Assembly (NCBI GenBank): GCA_003427395.1
Contig: BFEA01000036.1
Location: 3,344,640-3,408,147 of the forward strand
Direction: 5' to 3'
DNA length: 63,508 nucleotides
DNA from: Chara braunii
Taxonomy: Eukaryota > Plantae > Charophyceae
Shown here: positions 49,832-63,356 of the stretch, piece after piece
How positions within the stretch are numbered: the first letter of the stretch is position 1
Layout: every line of letters begins with the position of its first letter
The notes under the pieces: generated by a model
What the model was told of the DNA's origin: nothing
The model's database searches: none
Seen by the model: the letters and a program-made list of their open reading frames with translations, nothing else
Made by a program: the position numbers and the translations under genes

Positions 49832-52800
49832 AAATGATGCTCATTTGTATACATTTACTGGTGGTACACAAGGGGAGGGAGGATGGGAAGGGATAGGAGG
49901 AGCTCTATAGGGAGTGAGGGGCAGGGGAGGGAGAAGGGGTAGGGGAGAAAGCGGAGCGACATGGGACACAACAGAGATATACCGAACTTCACTGGATTCT
50001 AAAACTCTAAATACTCACGGCTGGAGGAGTCTACCTAGAATGGCACAAGGGGCCAGTCAATGGTTGGGCTGGAGTTCAGGAGAAGCTGTTGCCTATGGTA
50101 GGCAGAAAAGATTTCAAGTTGAGGAGCAGCCGTTGCCTATGGTAAGTGGCCACCCCTACAAACCGGACAGGTCTGCGGGTGGACTGTGGAAGCACCGCAT
50201 CCAATTCTCGCAGTCACAGTTGCTGCATCGAATGGCACGGTGTAGACAGATGTGACAGACTGCGTGGTTCCTGCATGCTAGGAACACACGGGCATGTCGA
50301 CCACAATTGTAGAGGCATTGCCGTTCCAGCCCATGTCTACAAAATGGACATGAAGTCTCAGGGTGTTGTACATGAGTGCAGTATTGACCGTCATCATACA
50401 TATGAAAACAAAAACTCGCATGGGCTATCCCTTCATAATCCTCACGGCATAAGGCATGCAAACCACATGCTAGCTGAATCTCCGGTAGGTCATCACAAAG
50501 CGGCATCGAGCAGGTTTCTTGGGTTTCCTTCAGTATTTATTCCCTCTCTATGGCCAAATGACGACAGCGGGGATTGATCCAGAGCAAGGGTGTTTAGCTG
50601 CTGCAGGACTTGGTCTGCAACAGCTCGCCCTGGTGGTGATAACCTATCAGTACAGCACTCTGTAGGTGGTTCGTATGGTGTCATATTTTACTCCTCAGGC
50701 TGCTGCATCCGTCGTCGTCTGGCAAGGAAGAAGGAAATATGTCTGCAGTTGCAGTACGTGTATGCCCAACACCGCATGTGGGACATGTTAGTAGAGGATG
50801 TGGTGGATGATGGCACCGGGGATAGTCCACACAGCAGAGACATATTTTCTATGACAGCTTCCTGGAAACATTGACAACACATGGCATGTTGCTGATATGT
50901 CAGCAGTAAAGAAGGCTGACATGCGCAGCTATTTAAGCATGGCAGATCAAGGCCACAATGGCATGCTGGGAAGTAATCAGGGGTAGAGGGGAATGGGCAC
51001 GGAACAAAGGATCGCAGTTTTTCTGTGGCAGTGGCTGGCAGCGACCATCCCTTCATAGAGTTCAGAGCAGAGGCTATGCCGTGTACATGCCTGACCATCC
51101 CCCAGAGAGGTCCCTTCATTGTTCGTGGTACAATCCGTCCGATCCACATAGAGAGGGGACGCTGACCATGCACGGGGAAAGAAGGAGGTTTATACGGATT
51201 GCTCTCCGGAGGCTGTAGTGCTTGTGAGAGCTCATCGACTGTTCCTGACGGATGAGCCAGACCGAGTGATGTTCTACCGCTTGGTGATAGAAAGAGTTAA
51301 TATTTCCTGCTGTATGCACCCTACTGCCATTGTCCCATAGAGTCCATGAATTATCGCAAAGGTAACAGCACTGAAATGACCTGGACGATGTAAGATGCAT
51401 CCCAGAATATTCGGATCCATGCCTGGCACATGATTTTGTGGAGCAGGCTGGAGTTGTAGACATCTACCCATAAATGCCGTCGACAGGACTTCCATGTTCA
51501 AGCCAGGTGCAGTACTGTTGTCCTCTGGGCAGCCGGCACGGTGCTCTTTTCTATCCAGCGGACGTCTCCAAAACCAGAAACAGTATAAGGGTTGCAATTG
51601 TAAGCAAGGAGAAATGCATTAATTGCATAGTACGCACAGCCGCCTCGCTGTAGCACTATGACATCATCCGATTCTGCAGGTTGTGCGGCAGGGGGAGGTT
51701 TCTCCAACACTGCAGATTGCCAGGCAGGCGGGGATTTGTGCGGTCTTGACCATTTCTTTCAAGTTCCTCTGGTTGTATTAACTCCATCGGATCTAGTATG
51801 CACTCCGGAGAAATATCATCTCGAGTCGGGGGCTCGATCAGGTAATCAGAAGGTGGATCATTGGCATTTGAAGCGGGAAGCAACCAGGGTTAGGTGGTTG
51901 AGGAATAGGCGGGTCAGATGCAGGAAGCAGAGGTTGATTAGCCGCAATGTACTCAAGTCTCAAAGTGCCTGCTAGTCGTGCAAATGCTGCGCAGGTAGCT
52001 GCACCTCGTGTCTGGTGCACTCGCAGGCCTGCAGCACTGAAAAAATCATTGCCACATTGCGGGCATCAGACTCGATATGTACTAATCCTGACTGATGTAT
52101 ACTGAGAGCGATGAAGTCGTTCCGTACAGTTGCGAGCATGTTGTCGGAGCAGATCTCTAACCCCTGCAGGGGGCGTGGTATTCATGCTGTTCCAGGACAG
52201 ATGAGTCCGCTGTCTTGGAGGCAGCGGTGGAGACGGGGAGCGTCTCCTCCAAAGAGGCATCTGTAACGATCGATCTGACGCTGGATGTCTCTACCGACAA
52301 GGACTTTGTGACGGCTGATCTGACCATGGATGTGTTGATGATAAGGTCAATGAAGAAGGGGAGGCATGCGAGGTGGGCGATGAGGAGGAGGAGGAGGAGA
52401 AGGCAGAGGAAGAGGAAAGTGAAGAAGAGGAGGCAGATGACTGAGGGGATGATGTAGTGGCGAGGGAGGTGGTGGTTATGGTGGTGGTTGTGGTTGTGGT
52501 TGTTGTGGTTGTTGTTGTTGTCGTTGTTGTGGTGGTGGTTANNNNNNNNNNNNNNNNNNNNNNNNNNNNNNNNNNNNNNNNNNNNNNNNNNNNNNNNNNN
52601 NNNNNNNNNNNNNNNNNNNNNNNNNNNNGGGGTGGTGGGTGTGGTGGAGGCAGAGGCAGCGATGGTGGCGGCGCACTTTCAGCAGCAGCCGTCACTGAAT
52701 TGCCAAGATGCAGGCCTTCAACGTTTGTGTGGTTGAGTGGTGTGCGTGTGTGTGTGTGTGTCTGTGTGGAGACAGAGACAGAGAAAGAGGAACTTTTTCT

Positions 52801-53527
52801 GTGTTGTTTCTTCTATCCATTCACACACATAACTTGTGTGTGTGTGAGTGTGTGGAGGGAGAGAGAAGAGGAGGTGGTGTGTAGTTCAACTCTGTCCTCC
52901 TCTCCCCCTCCCCATGCTCCATCAATGCCCTGCCACAAGGACACCCCTTCCCCTTTCTTGCTCTTCGCCATGCCTTTCCCCCTCTATGCCATGGGCAAAA
53001 TCGTGACAGACGAAAATATTGCTTTCCGAACATCTATCCCTCAAAATTCGTTTCATACTCCAAATGCATCCTGCACTGTCTGCTCCGATGTATGGAAGTT
53101 ATCTAGTGCTCGGTTAAAGGCTTAAAGACATCAAAGTTCAAACTCTGGTATTCTCCATTTTCCTCCCCCTTCCCATTCCACCCACCCACCTAACATCCCC
53201 CTTCGTATCAGACCCCCTCAATTTGCAGAAGCCAAACTTCCGCACATCCCATTTAGGAAAGCAACACCATGGATCATCTTGACACAAAGCTGTTCAAAGA
53301 CAAGTGAAAGCATCTTAAGTCATCTCCTTGCTCAAGGGATAGCACAGAGGTCACAGAACTTGGTCAGCTGAGCAACATGCCCAGTAATGTGAGCCTTTAC
53401 CACTCACCTGCTCTGTCTCCTCATTACTAGCGTAAGTTTCACATTGTCAATAAAAATGAGGTTTACTCTAACTTTACTGAGTACTGAAAAATACTAAGAC
53501 AAACTGGTCAAGGAGCAGAAGACAAAC

Positions 53528-53624
53528 TCTGATATATTTGTCGCCATTGCTGCGCCGCGAACACCCAAGCCCGCTCCAAAGATTAAAATTGGGCACAATA
53601 TGCAATTCAGAACGTTTCCAAAAA
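53528..53624 (-). CDS. MATE/DTX transporter exon 3 in window
   Basis: (I)FGNVLNCILCPILIFGAGLGVRGAAMATNISE, the MATE N.ILDP.LIF...LGV.GAA.AT motif. TTGCAG| acceptor, GA|GT donor. Not in the ORF track; translated by hand. Confidence 0.92.
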
Positions 53625-54149
53625 CTGCAACCACACGCAAAATCCATTGCAAGTTAACCACAAAGTAGCCAGGACTAAGAACACACCAAGTAGAATCAAA
53701 CCCGTAACTTCCTCAGACATGAAAAGTCCAAACTACAATTGCTGAGCAATGACAACGAGCGCTTGAGGTGTTTGAGATCAAAGATCTTGACAGGGTAAAT
53801 AGCAGAGGAAAGTCTTGAGGATATTCGGAGGAAGTTTGGACACTAAAGAGTTTTGTCGATATCCCAGGGGTCTGAAGACACAAAAAGGAGGGTGGTTACA
53901 GAGCATATTGGAGGCACAAGATTAAAAAGGGTGGGACAGACTGGAAGTGGATATTAAGGATCCTGAGTTCAACCCCGCAGAATGGGGATTGCACATATAA
54001 ACAGGTGAATGAAAGGTAAGAAAGCTGTCTCCTCTGCACAAATACACCTACCTGGAAAGACCACAAGTGGTTAATGGAGGACCCCCACCTGTCAGCTCGT
54101 GGGTTAACGGGTCCAAGAGTGAAATTGGGGTTGGGGCCCTTGGGGGTCA

Positions 54150-55630
54150 ATTTTTTATTTTTTTAAAAAGGAAATTATCATTTAATTAATAATTATGCCT
54201 ATATATTGCAATACACAAAGGAGCCCGGGAATCCCTCCACATCTCAACCAGGTGTACTGAGGCCATTACTCAGCTTAGGCTTGACTGGAAATCGGTTCCA
54301 GTGTCCCACTTCTGCATCATTCCACAAAAGGAAAACTGGAAAAAGGGGGTAGAGCTAGTGCCCCTTGTTAAGTTCTATCGCTAGCCTATACCTTCAAACC
54401 GACGAATAAAAGGAAGGAAGAAGCACATCCAGGAATCTAGTGATATTGTCGTTGAACGGTTGAAGGCATGGTGGCTATATTTAGTAATTACTAATTACCC
54501 ATTTTGTGTACAAAGGATTGTTCGACTAGTTTCTCACGGCATCAAATAAACATTCCAGCTACAAACATAGTTCAAAGCAGACATGAGACAATTTTGATAG
54601 AGGAAAGAGGGCATGACAATTGGGTCGGATCCATAGGTGAAGAACTCTCAGGAATATATAATTGGGTTATGGGCATGAAAGGAAAAGAGGCCATAAATAT
54701 ACTAATGGATCTCGATACCCAGGCGCCTTCTTTGATTAAGCCTTGGCTTACACTACCTAAGACCTCTGTTTTCCAATGGATAGAGCAATAATTAATACCA
54801 GGAGAAGGGGCCTGTGTGGGAGCTGCTAAGGTAGACGCCAACATCAGAAATAGCTAAAGATTTATGTACCCATTACACTTAGAATTCTGCAAAAGAAATG
54901 GCGCTTACCCCATATCTTTGGAATCCTATTTGTTTCCTTCATCGCTTAAACTCTAAACCCTACTTACATCCTAAACCCCACAGTATCTGATATTCTTCCC
55001 CTGAGGTTTGTCCTCCATGTCGGGGCCTGTTGATGCCCCTCCGTGAATCAATGGAATGACAACCTTTTTTTCTTTTTTGCTGTTTTTCCTTGTGCCAACG
55101 CCATCTGCTGAAACTTCTTTATTAGATCCTGGGCTTGCTTTGGCTCTTGGTGCGCTTGTCTTCTTACTCATCGCCACTGTGCTAGGATATCTGTTCCTAG
55201 GAGGTCGTGGAAGGTATCCCTTGCTTCCAGCCTGTGCATTGTCTCTTGCCAATTACCTGTTGACATCAGTGCTTCCAAATGGTCCACAATGTGTACTGCC
55301 TTAACACTTGAAAGCCTCGTTTCTGGTGTTGCTGCCATGGCGTAGAGAGTTCCAGTCCTGTAAGCAGTACCCTTCTATCCTCCGGGAAAGGGGCGTCCAA
55401 TATCCTTCTCCACAATGCCTTGGCTTCTGCGCATAGATACGCCGGCTCGGGGCGATCTACAAGGCAGTGAAGCATTGATTCCTGATGCCCCCCCGTACAG
55501 AGAAGGCAAAACTGCTGAAAGGGGTCTCTATGGTGTTGACTGCGGCGTTCATAAAGCCATGCGTTAACTGGTAGCGCCACGTGGAAAATCAGCCACGGCA
55601 TAATCCTCACCCTACCCAAGCATATATTAT
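54150..55630 (-). mobile_element. 5'-truncated LINE fragment (C-terminal zinc-binding region plus 3' UTR)
   Basis: ALPVNAWL...FCLLC.GGHQESMLHCL..TLWTIWK parallels the 22320-23213 peptide. T-rich tract at ~54151-54163 as a possible tail. Confidence 0.7.
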
Positions 55631-56234
55631 GCAGCGCAGGCCACTTCTTCTTCTTCCTTCTTCTTCTCACTAAAGTGGACACACAGAGAAGTGGTATTCA
55701 TTCTTTTCCTACAAACAACTGGGATGTGGTCTAGTTCGCACAAAATGACTTGTGTATGCTTGTAAAGAAAGGGGTAAGACAACGCGCAGAGATGCTTCAG
55801 AGTGGTAGCAGATAGTGTGGCAACTAGGGCCGGCATATGATCAGCTTGCTGGCAAAATAATTAAAATCTATGTGTTTGACTTACATACGGGCAGAAGGTT
55901 CAACACATGCAGATATGCATTGCAGCAGTTGGGAACACACTTGAAATGCATGAAGCATGTAGGCCACTGAGACTGCTCGGCTACATGCATTTACCAGAAA
56001 AGGCCCCATTTAACCCCCTTTATACCCCTTCAGGTTGTGCGAGGAAGACAACTCAGAAGCAAGGGGAGGAGATGAGGGGTGTGCGGGGAGTGGGTGGGGG
56101 CGGGGAAGCCACCTCTGTGGCTGGCACACTGCTACAGATTGGTGTAATCATGAATTCAATTTGCCAATACAGCTGCAACATCCTGACTAGTCAATGAATG
56201 GTGAAAGACAGGTGAAAAGATTGGAGTGATGTAC

Positions 56235-56370
56235 TTGTTCCATAGAGTGGTGACTTGGTATCTCCAAAGCCTCGAAATGCACCCTGCGTAGCCAATGAGA
56301 CCACGACAGCTGGCGCTCCCATTGCCCGTATAGACAAGTATTCCCGTGCAAAAGGGCGCATTACAGAATC
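56235..56370 (-). CDS. MATE/DTX transporter exon 2 in window
   Basis: DSVMRPFAREYLSIRAMGAPAVVVSLATQGAFRGFGDTKSPLYGT, with the hallmark YL.IRA.GAPA...QG.FRGF.DTK.PLY motif. Acceptor ACGCAG|, donor |GTACAT; phases fit both neighbours. Confidence 0.95.
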
Positions 56371-58689
56371 CTGCGTAACAAGAATCATAACCATATGATG
56401 AGCAATGTTAATGCCCATTCTCAGATACAATCAAAATAATGGGGGGAAGGAGGCTCATCCCACATCTTCCCCTTGGCTGTAATATCCTGTTTTTTTTGTA
56501 ACCCCCCCCCTCAATAGTTCTTTGGGCCATGAAGGCTCTGAGTAGGGGTTTAAAATTGCCACAGGGGCCTGCTCCTTTTTTCTTGGGACAACTAGGTAGA
56601 TGTTAATTCAATTTAATTGCCATACAATACGGGACTGTGGACAGCAGAGATATCTTCCAGCTCAGCGAACATTCAGAGGAATCGCACGGCCCAGATCATG
56701 GGACGAGTCATGTTCACTATCTCTGGCCTATGTTGCGCATAGACTCCTACTGGGGCGTTGAAGCAGTTTCACACCCCTAAAAAATCCCTCAGTTTGGCAT
56801 AGCCAGATTTCTTCTCAACGGGACAAATTGATTCCTGTCACAACCACCTTCACTGTTTCTCTCCACTCTTTCCCGTCCCTAACCTCCAATCCTGGACCAT
56901 GTCCACTCGATAAACCCAATCTCCTTTTCCTGTGCTTGGCCATTGTATCCAGACTACCAGATTACCAATGCCTTTTACAACTGCCCTGGCTACCAGGGAA
57001 CCCTCTCTTTCCCACTTAGGGTATACTGACACTAGGCCCTCAGAATCGCAGATCGAGTCCTGCTTTCCGATCGGCTCGATCGGCCGACTGATTTTGCAAT
57101 TCTACGATTTTGGGTGCCCAGTGTGAGTACACCATTAGTCCGTCTGATTGACGATCTGACAGCAGTAAGTTACTTTTTCTGCCAGTTGCCGACCCTCTCT
57201 TTTTCACGTAGTCCGTCTGATTGACGATCTGACAGCAGCAAGTTACCTTTCTGCTAGTCGGGGTTGGCCCAGTTTTCAGAAGGTACTGGTGGGCCAGCGG
57301 TGGCTTAATATTTTTATTGTGAATGATAGGTGTTGGAGTGGGTATCATTGTATTTAAATCTCCGGAAACCTGGACCTATTTTCCCACGGGTGTTTCAGTA
57401 GAACAAAGCTTGTTTTCAACCAAAAAAAAAAAAAAAAAAAAGCAAAAGATTTTGGAGAATGCAAAATACGAGTCGAAAAAATTAGTCTGTTTGTGCCTGA
57501 ACAAGAGACCAAACTGAAAGATCAGAGTTTTTTTGCACTTACTGTTCCCATCAAGTCCATTCGAAGTCTTTCAAGTTTTCACGTATGAGAAAGGGCAATC
57601 ATTTGGCCTAGTGGAATCCCATGAACAATTCTACCAGCCACCTTGCCTGCCCAATGAACTGTTACGAGCTGAAGGCAGACTGCAGATTCCTTTGGCAGTC
57701 CTACACACGAGCCCCTCTGCGGCCCAGCCCATGCGGCTGCATGCTATAGACTATTAGACACGGATTTTTTTTGATGAACAGCTTGTGAGTTCGAATCGTG
57801 ATGGAATCGGATGAAAACAATAATGTTTGCAGCTAACCCCCTTAACAAAGACACGGGCCCTTCCATGACCAGAACAGTTACTTGAACTTACTTCTCATCC
57901 TCTCTATTCCATTTACTGTGCGATTATGGACACTAGATTCCCTCAACACACTAGAGAAGTAACTTGAACTTACTTCCTATTCCCTCTATTCCAGTTACTG
58001 TGCGATTATCGACATTAGATGCCTTCAACACAACCCTCTCCCTACTCCAAGACCTCTACTCTTTTTGTTTTTCCCCCTTACCCAGCTTAGCTTCCGAGCC
58101 GACGCTCGATGCCGAAACCCGCCACCCTACCTATCCTCCTAGACTATTCCTTCCTAGCTGCCTTCTACTTTACCTAGCTGCCCTTACGCTAAGCCTTCTC
58201 CTTCTTTTATCCCACCTCCCTCTCTGATCAGTGATTTCTAGTTAAATAACCCCCTGCTACCCCTATTCTTGTCACCACTCCTTGGCTACGGGACCGTTCT
58301 CTTAAACCCTAAACCCTAGTGCAGCTCTATTTAGAATTTACTGATTACCCAGAAAAACGCTGTGTGTAGCTCTTTTATTTGCCAGATAATTGCATGACGG
58401 GAAGAAGAAGCAGCTCTATTTTCAGTGCCTGAAGGAGAGAGTCTGGGCGCAGGCTTAGCCAGTCGCTCTGGCTCTATACTGTGCTGTTGTCAGTATTCAT
58501 TATTGCAGGCTGTTCAGCGCAGACAGCCACCCAAAAGTGGACATAAATTTTATTGTTTTGTCAAGTGTAATGATGTGATTCTCCAATACAAGTTTGGAGT
58601 GAATTTTTGTACTACTTGGGTATGCTTCCAATCAAGTTTTCACGAGCAATGATTGCTGAAATTCTTCGAAGTTTTGCCATTTCCTACAC

Positions 58690-59833
58690 TGGTATCAGTG
58701 CTGGCGACAATGAGAATGTCAGCGAGGTGATCAGGTTTGTCTGGCTGCCAGGTCAGCATAGGTACCGTGCTGGTACCTACCTCTAAAAAGGTTGTAGGGC
58801 TTTCGGGGATATCACGGAGGGAGGAGATCTGGCAGGAGGCCGCACACACCGGGTTCAGCCACCCAACTTGCAACTACCCATACGTTGCTGCACCTTGTAT
58901 TGCCGTGCAAGGAAGGAGCAAGCAGAGGGGAAGCCGCAGGAAGTTGGTCGCAACACAGCAGGCTAGTAAGAAGCCTGCACCCATGACCGGTTATGAGCGT
59001 TGAAGAGGAAGAAGAGGGTCCAAAAGGGGAAGCTCGAGATGGCAGTCACTATGACGAATGAGATGGCTGGCCGGAGAGGAGAAGGATTGAATTGGAGAGC
59101 AGAGTAAAGAAAAGAGGAGGGAGCGGAACAATGGAAGCAGATGATAGCAGAGTCTGCCGGTGAAACGAGCGCTCAGGTCAATGATCGGTTGGCAGCTCTT
59201 TCAACGCTCCAACCCGCTCATGCGGATGAGCTAACCACTCTGAAGGCCATGCTTGACAAAGTGGACACATATTCAAGGTGGCATATGTTCATATATAAAT
59301 ATATAGTCAAACAGAGCTGCCCGGTAAAATATATATATAATATATATATTTATTTATTTATTCATTTATTTATGTTACATATACTTTAAGAATGGACACT
59401 AAAAAAACAGCGCTGACCTTGAAAGTTCACAGTAGGTGACTTAGTCTGGGTGAAGTCCAAGGAATGTGTGCCCGAAGAAGGGATTTCTCAGAAAATTGCT
59501 ACTTGCATACAGAGGACCATGGGAAATTCTACATGTCAAGGGAGAGGCTAACGGTACATCTTACACAAATTGAGGTTCCTCCGCTCACTCATCCGGTCTT
59601 CCCAGGCCTCAAAGCTGATGCCTGCTAATTTGGGACAATCCTTCCCTTCAAGGCGTTTCACGCACATCTAATTGGCCGCATTGTAGATCAGGCTGAACTT
59701 AGAATCCATAGAAAGGGGAGGCCAAGTCAACAGCTTAGAGTCAGATGCCAATACCAAGACCCGGAGAAGGTTACGTGATTCCCCAGAGAGCAACTGCCAG
59801 CATCTCGCATTATGAACAAGCACAAAGGGGGAT
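58690..59833 (+). mobile_element. Internally deleted Gypsy remnant (PBS, gag-like stub, integrase end/chromodomain, PPT)
   Basis: ...CCTACA-C-TGGTATCAGTGC at 58690-58701. FTVGDLVWVKSKE...YRGPWEIL..HPVF at ~59425-59600. AAAGGGGGA at 59824 then TG. A matching LTR pair was not found. Confidence 0.6.
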
Positions 59834-60565
59834 TTGTCAGTTTGACAGGTATCTTGGTGCTATCATCTAATTTATCTTCGTTTCAACTCGATGAACCATT
59901 TCTTAAGCAAAGTCTTGGCAAGTATCTCGGCTCGTAGCTGGAGGGCAGCTCATCACAAACCGCTGCTTCCAAATTACTATCGCCTTCGAGGCAATGCTGA
60001 TTTCACAAGGCAGCTTCGGCTAACTGAAGTAGTACTTCTACGAGGACCTCGAATTTAGGTCAGCGGGAGTGAAAGGATTCACGTACTGCCGCAGTACGGC
60101 CCCGGTACCGTGTCCCATTTTCTTTGTACCATAGGGCCATAGTAGAACCTTCTGGTAGGTAGAGTACACGCCAATGTAGAGATCTGATAAGATAACACCG
60201 GTACGAAGAGTAAAGTTCCCTATAGTCAGCAGGTAGGGAGTCGCCACATGTCCAGTCCCAGTCCAGTTGCAGCTCAGTGGGACGGCAGTGTCTGGCAGGA
60301 GAGGGTCAGGAATCACTTGAGAGAGGCAGGCAGATGCACAGAAGGTAGGGCAACGCCAGGATCTGCCTCATCTTCGAATCTGGCAGATGCGGAAGTGCTG
60401 ATGCATTACTGGGTGCCAAGATTTTGAAGTGTGAACAGAGCTGGCGAGACAGTAGTCAACGGTGCTGGCCGTCATAGCCGCAGCACAGCATAGGAGAGAG
60501 TGAGGGAGAGAGGTGAGGACATTCAGAGAGTGTCACAGGACCTGGACACAGCTATATGTACTCAC

Positions 60566-60568
<3 letters not shown>

Positions 60569-60657
<89 letters not shown>

Positions 60658-61149
60658 CTGTTTGTCGTTGTTGCTGGCAGCCATAGATGCCACGTACAGA
60701 AACCGGTGTATATAAATAATTTCAAGTTGTAATAAAGCTGTGCGTGTGCTCATATTGTGTGGATAGTGCTGATGCAACTTGGATCTAATCCGCCATGAGA
60801 AGGACTGAAACAACAACAACAAGACCATTACAAAATAAAATATAATTGTTCCTGTTTATCATTTATATCAACAGAAAGATCTCTGGCGACAGGAAATAAG
60901 AACCAAAAGCCAAGCACACCTATCAAGAGAGGAGATAGGCTTCTAACTTCCCGCAAAGGACAGACACAACAGAAGCCGCATAAAGGAAATAACATTGGCT
61001 CCATTCACGCAAAACATCAATGGTACAATGAGCGATAATCGCACCGCACTGCTCCACTCCCGCCGAAGTCCACTGAAAGTCAGCATGCACACTTGGTTTG
61101 CAAGCCACACACACGCACACACACACACAGCGAGTGCACGCGCGCGCTT

Positions 61150-61232
<83 letters not shown>

Positions 61233-61338
61233 ATGGACAAAAGAATCATTCCTCAGAGAACATGATTGTAGCCACACTCCTGAATCATTCCTCAGAGAAC
61301 ATGATTGTAGCCACACTCCTGAATCATTCCTCAGAGAN

Positions 61339-61390
<52 letters not shown>

Positions 61391-61520
61391 TTACCTGCTT
61401 GTCGTTGTTGCTGGCAGCCATAGCCGTGACCTTGAGAACCTGTGTATATCATTGCAAGTTGTAATTTTCTGTGTGTACTCATGTTTTGTGGATCTTGTTG
61501 TTTCAACTTGGATCTTGAGT
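60569..61520. repeat. (AG)n microsatellites, 39-bp tandem repeat (61243-61336) and a duplicated ~130-bp block (60652-60790 vs 61389-61520)
   Basis: Directly visible: ACTTACCTG.TTGTCGTTGTTGCTGGCAGCCATAG follows each (AG)n run. Confidence 0.9.
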
Positions 61521-61958
61521 GCCTGCATACATAAACTTTGAAGTAGTACAGGCGGGCGACCAAGATCTTGACCTGCGAGAGCAGATCAAATCATAAGAGT
61601 CCTCTGTTTATTCAAAAAGGGTATACCATGGCGGAGTCAGAGGCAGCGTCGGAGACAGTAAACAGGTTCCTGATGCGTCCTAAATAGTACTCACCAGACA
61701 TCAGACCCAATCCACCCAAAATGCAGATAATAACATAAATCGAGTACATGGTTTGCCACAAATAACAGTGAGCATTCAGCTGCCACCCTGTCACGTGCTT
61801 CATGTGCATTCATGTGCACTCATTTGCATATAAAGAGAGAGTGATAAGAACTAGGGAAGATGGGAGGAGGGAGGAGAAAGGGACAAAAGCAATGAGTTGA
61901 CGACTGCTTTTGCATTGTTACATATTTAACCCTCTGAAAGTCTGCGCCCTCCACTTAC

Positions 61959-62134
61959 CATAGGCAATCCCATTAGGCTTAGGACTGGCTCTGTGGCGAA
62001 GTAGAGTGAAAGCGCTTCACAGAGTCCCAAAACGCAGCCCAAAACAAGCGCCGACGACACTGCAGGGTTCTCCGATTTCCTTTTCCGGTTCTCGCTTCTC
62101 CCCAAAACTCCACCACCTTTGAACCCATCCTTGC
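61959..62134 (-). CDS. MATE/DTX (FRD3/DTX42-47-like) transporter, internal exon 1 in window
   Basis: Encodes ...NPAVSSALVLGCVLGLCEALSLYFATEPVLSLMGLPM, typical of plant MATE sequence after the first cytoplasmic loop. Acceptor GACAG|G at 62135 (less certain); donor ATG|GTAAGT at 61958, phase 0. Confidence 0.85.
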
Positions 62135-62596
62135 CTGTCAACCAAGTACATGCAGTGCAACCTCCTTTGCTGAGAAAGGGCCTCAGAAAGGCTAAAGAAC
62201 AATGACAGGATTCCAGCACTACCCCACCCCGCTTCAATAAAGAGGGCCGTGAAATAGAAACCTGCTAAGCATAGGATGCAAAACAAAAAACACTGCCCCA
62301 CCCCGCTTGAAATAGAATTACTGTATGATGCGATTCGAGTATTCCCCATTCTCGAGAATATTTCAGAAAAGAGGTCAGTCAAATACTTCACAACACACGA
62401 ATCATAGGATGCAAAACAAAAAACACTCAGAATAATAACAGGAATAAGATCACACAGAGTAGCGCTGTGGGGCGGGCAATCAGTACATGGCATTTCAAAA
62501 CCAAAAAGAAAACAAGAAAGCACAGTTTCAGCCTCTTTATATTTTGCATTATTTTCCTTAAAATTTAAAAGTTAATAATAACTTATTTTTATTTTT

Positions 62597-62614
62597 GTCC
62601 TTCGGGACATCCGT

Positions 62615-62646
<32 letters not shown>

Positions 62647-62695
62647 GGACCCTGCGCAAGAATGACACGCATAAATCGCGAAATGGTCCAAATTT
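62597..62695 (+). pseudogene. U6: U6 snRNA copy 3 (near-intact, A/TAA tail, no USE seen)
   Basis: GTCCTTCGGGACATCCGTTAAAATTGGAACGATACAGAGAAGATTAGCATGG...GAAATGGTCCAAATTT followed by AAAAATAATAATAAT. Flanking imperfect repeat AATAATA(A/G)CTTATTTT. Confidence 0.9.
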
Positions 62696-63246
62696 AAAAA
62701 TAATAATAATAATAATAGCTTATTTTCAGAAACTGGGAAAGGAAAAACAGAGAGTGAGAAAATGCGTCCACTCTGACTTGATGTGCATTGCTAAGGTAAC
62801 TAAACTAGAAGATTTAATACTATTCAACATACAGTTGCAAGTGGAGGCTTGGACAGTTGGGGGGGGGGGCAGTCAGCCCACGACCTCACTGTCGGAGGTT
62901 CGTCAGCAGACGAACGGCTGGGAGAGTAGGCCATTAGCATAGCAGGGGATCGAGTACTCTCAACTTATAAGGACGAGGAAGGGAGAAGCCACCTCGATGC
63001 CAAAGGAGGACGTCGCAGTCGCAGATGGCACTGGGGTTTAGGGGTTAAGCCAACGATAGCTATTAGACTAATGCAAAAGGCCAGCTTAGGCAGGGGTGAG
63101 GGGTGGTACATCCTTCCAGAGGGAAATAAATTCATATAATCAATGCTGTCTACTTGGGCCTCTCAGCCATAATGGAGAGGAGCGTGGGTGAGTACAATGT
63201 TGAAACTTCTCTGACTTGCCGGTTGAATAGGAACCGGACTGATCCC

Positions 63247-63356
63247 GTCCTTCGGGACATCCGTTAAAATTGGAACGATACAGAGAAAGATTAGCATGGC
63301 CCCTGCACAAGGATGGCACACATAAATCGGGAAATGGTCCAAAAACAAAAAAAGAA
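63247..63356 (+). pseudogene. U6: U6 snRNA retrocopy 4 with A-tail and TSD
   Basis: Full-length U6 body and A-rich tail. 17-bp TSD AGGAACCGGACTGATCC at 63229-63245 and 63357-63373. Confidence 0.95.

Noticed and set aside
58304-58318. Interstitial telomere repeats AAACCCT (also ~21830, ~46536, ~54955, ~63035)
   Set aside because: Only 1-2 units each, too short to call telomeric arrays or a telomere-targeting signature.
60652-60660. U1 snRNA 5' end (ACTTACCTG; also 12481, 61389)
   Set aside because: No U1 body follows. It is the reverse complement of a 5' splice-site consensus.
62597-62695. Functional U6 snRNA gene
   Set aside because: No plant USE seen upstream, an A/TAA tail instead of a T4+ terminator, and substitutions in the internal stem-loop. 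Treated as a retrocopy, though not formally excluded.
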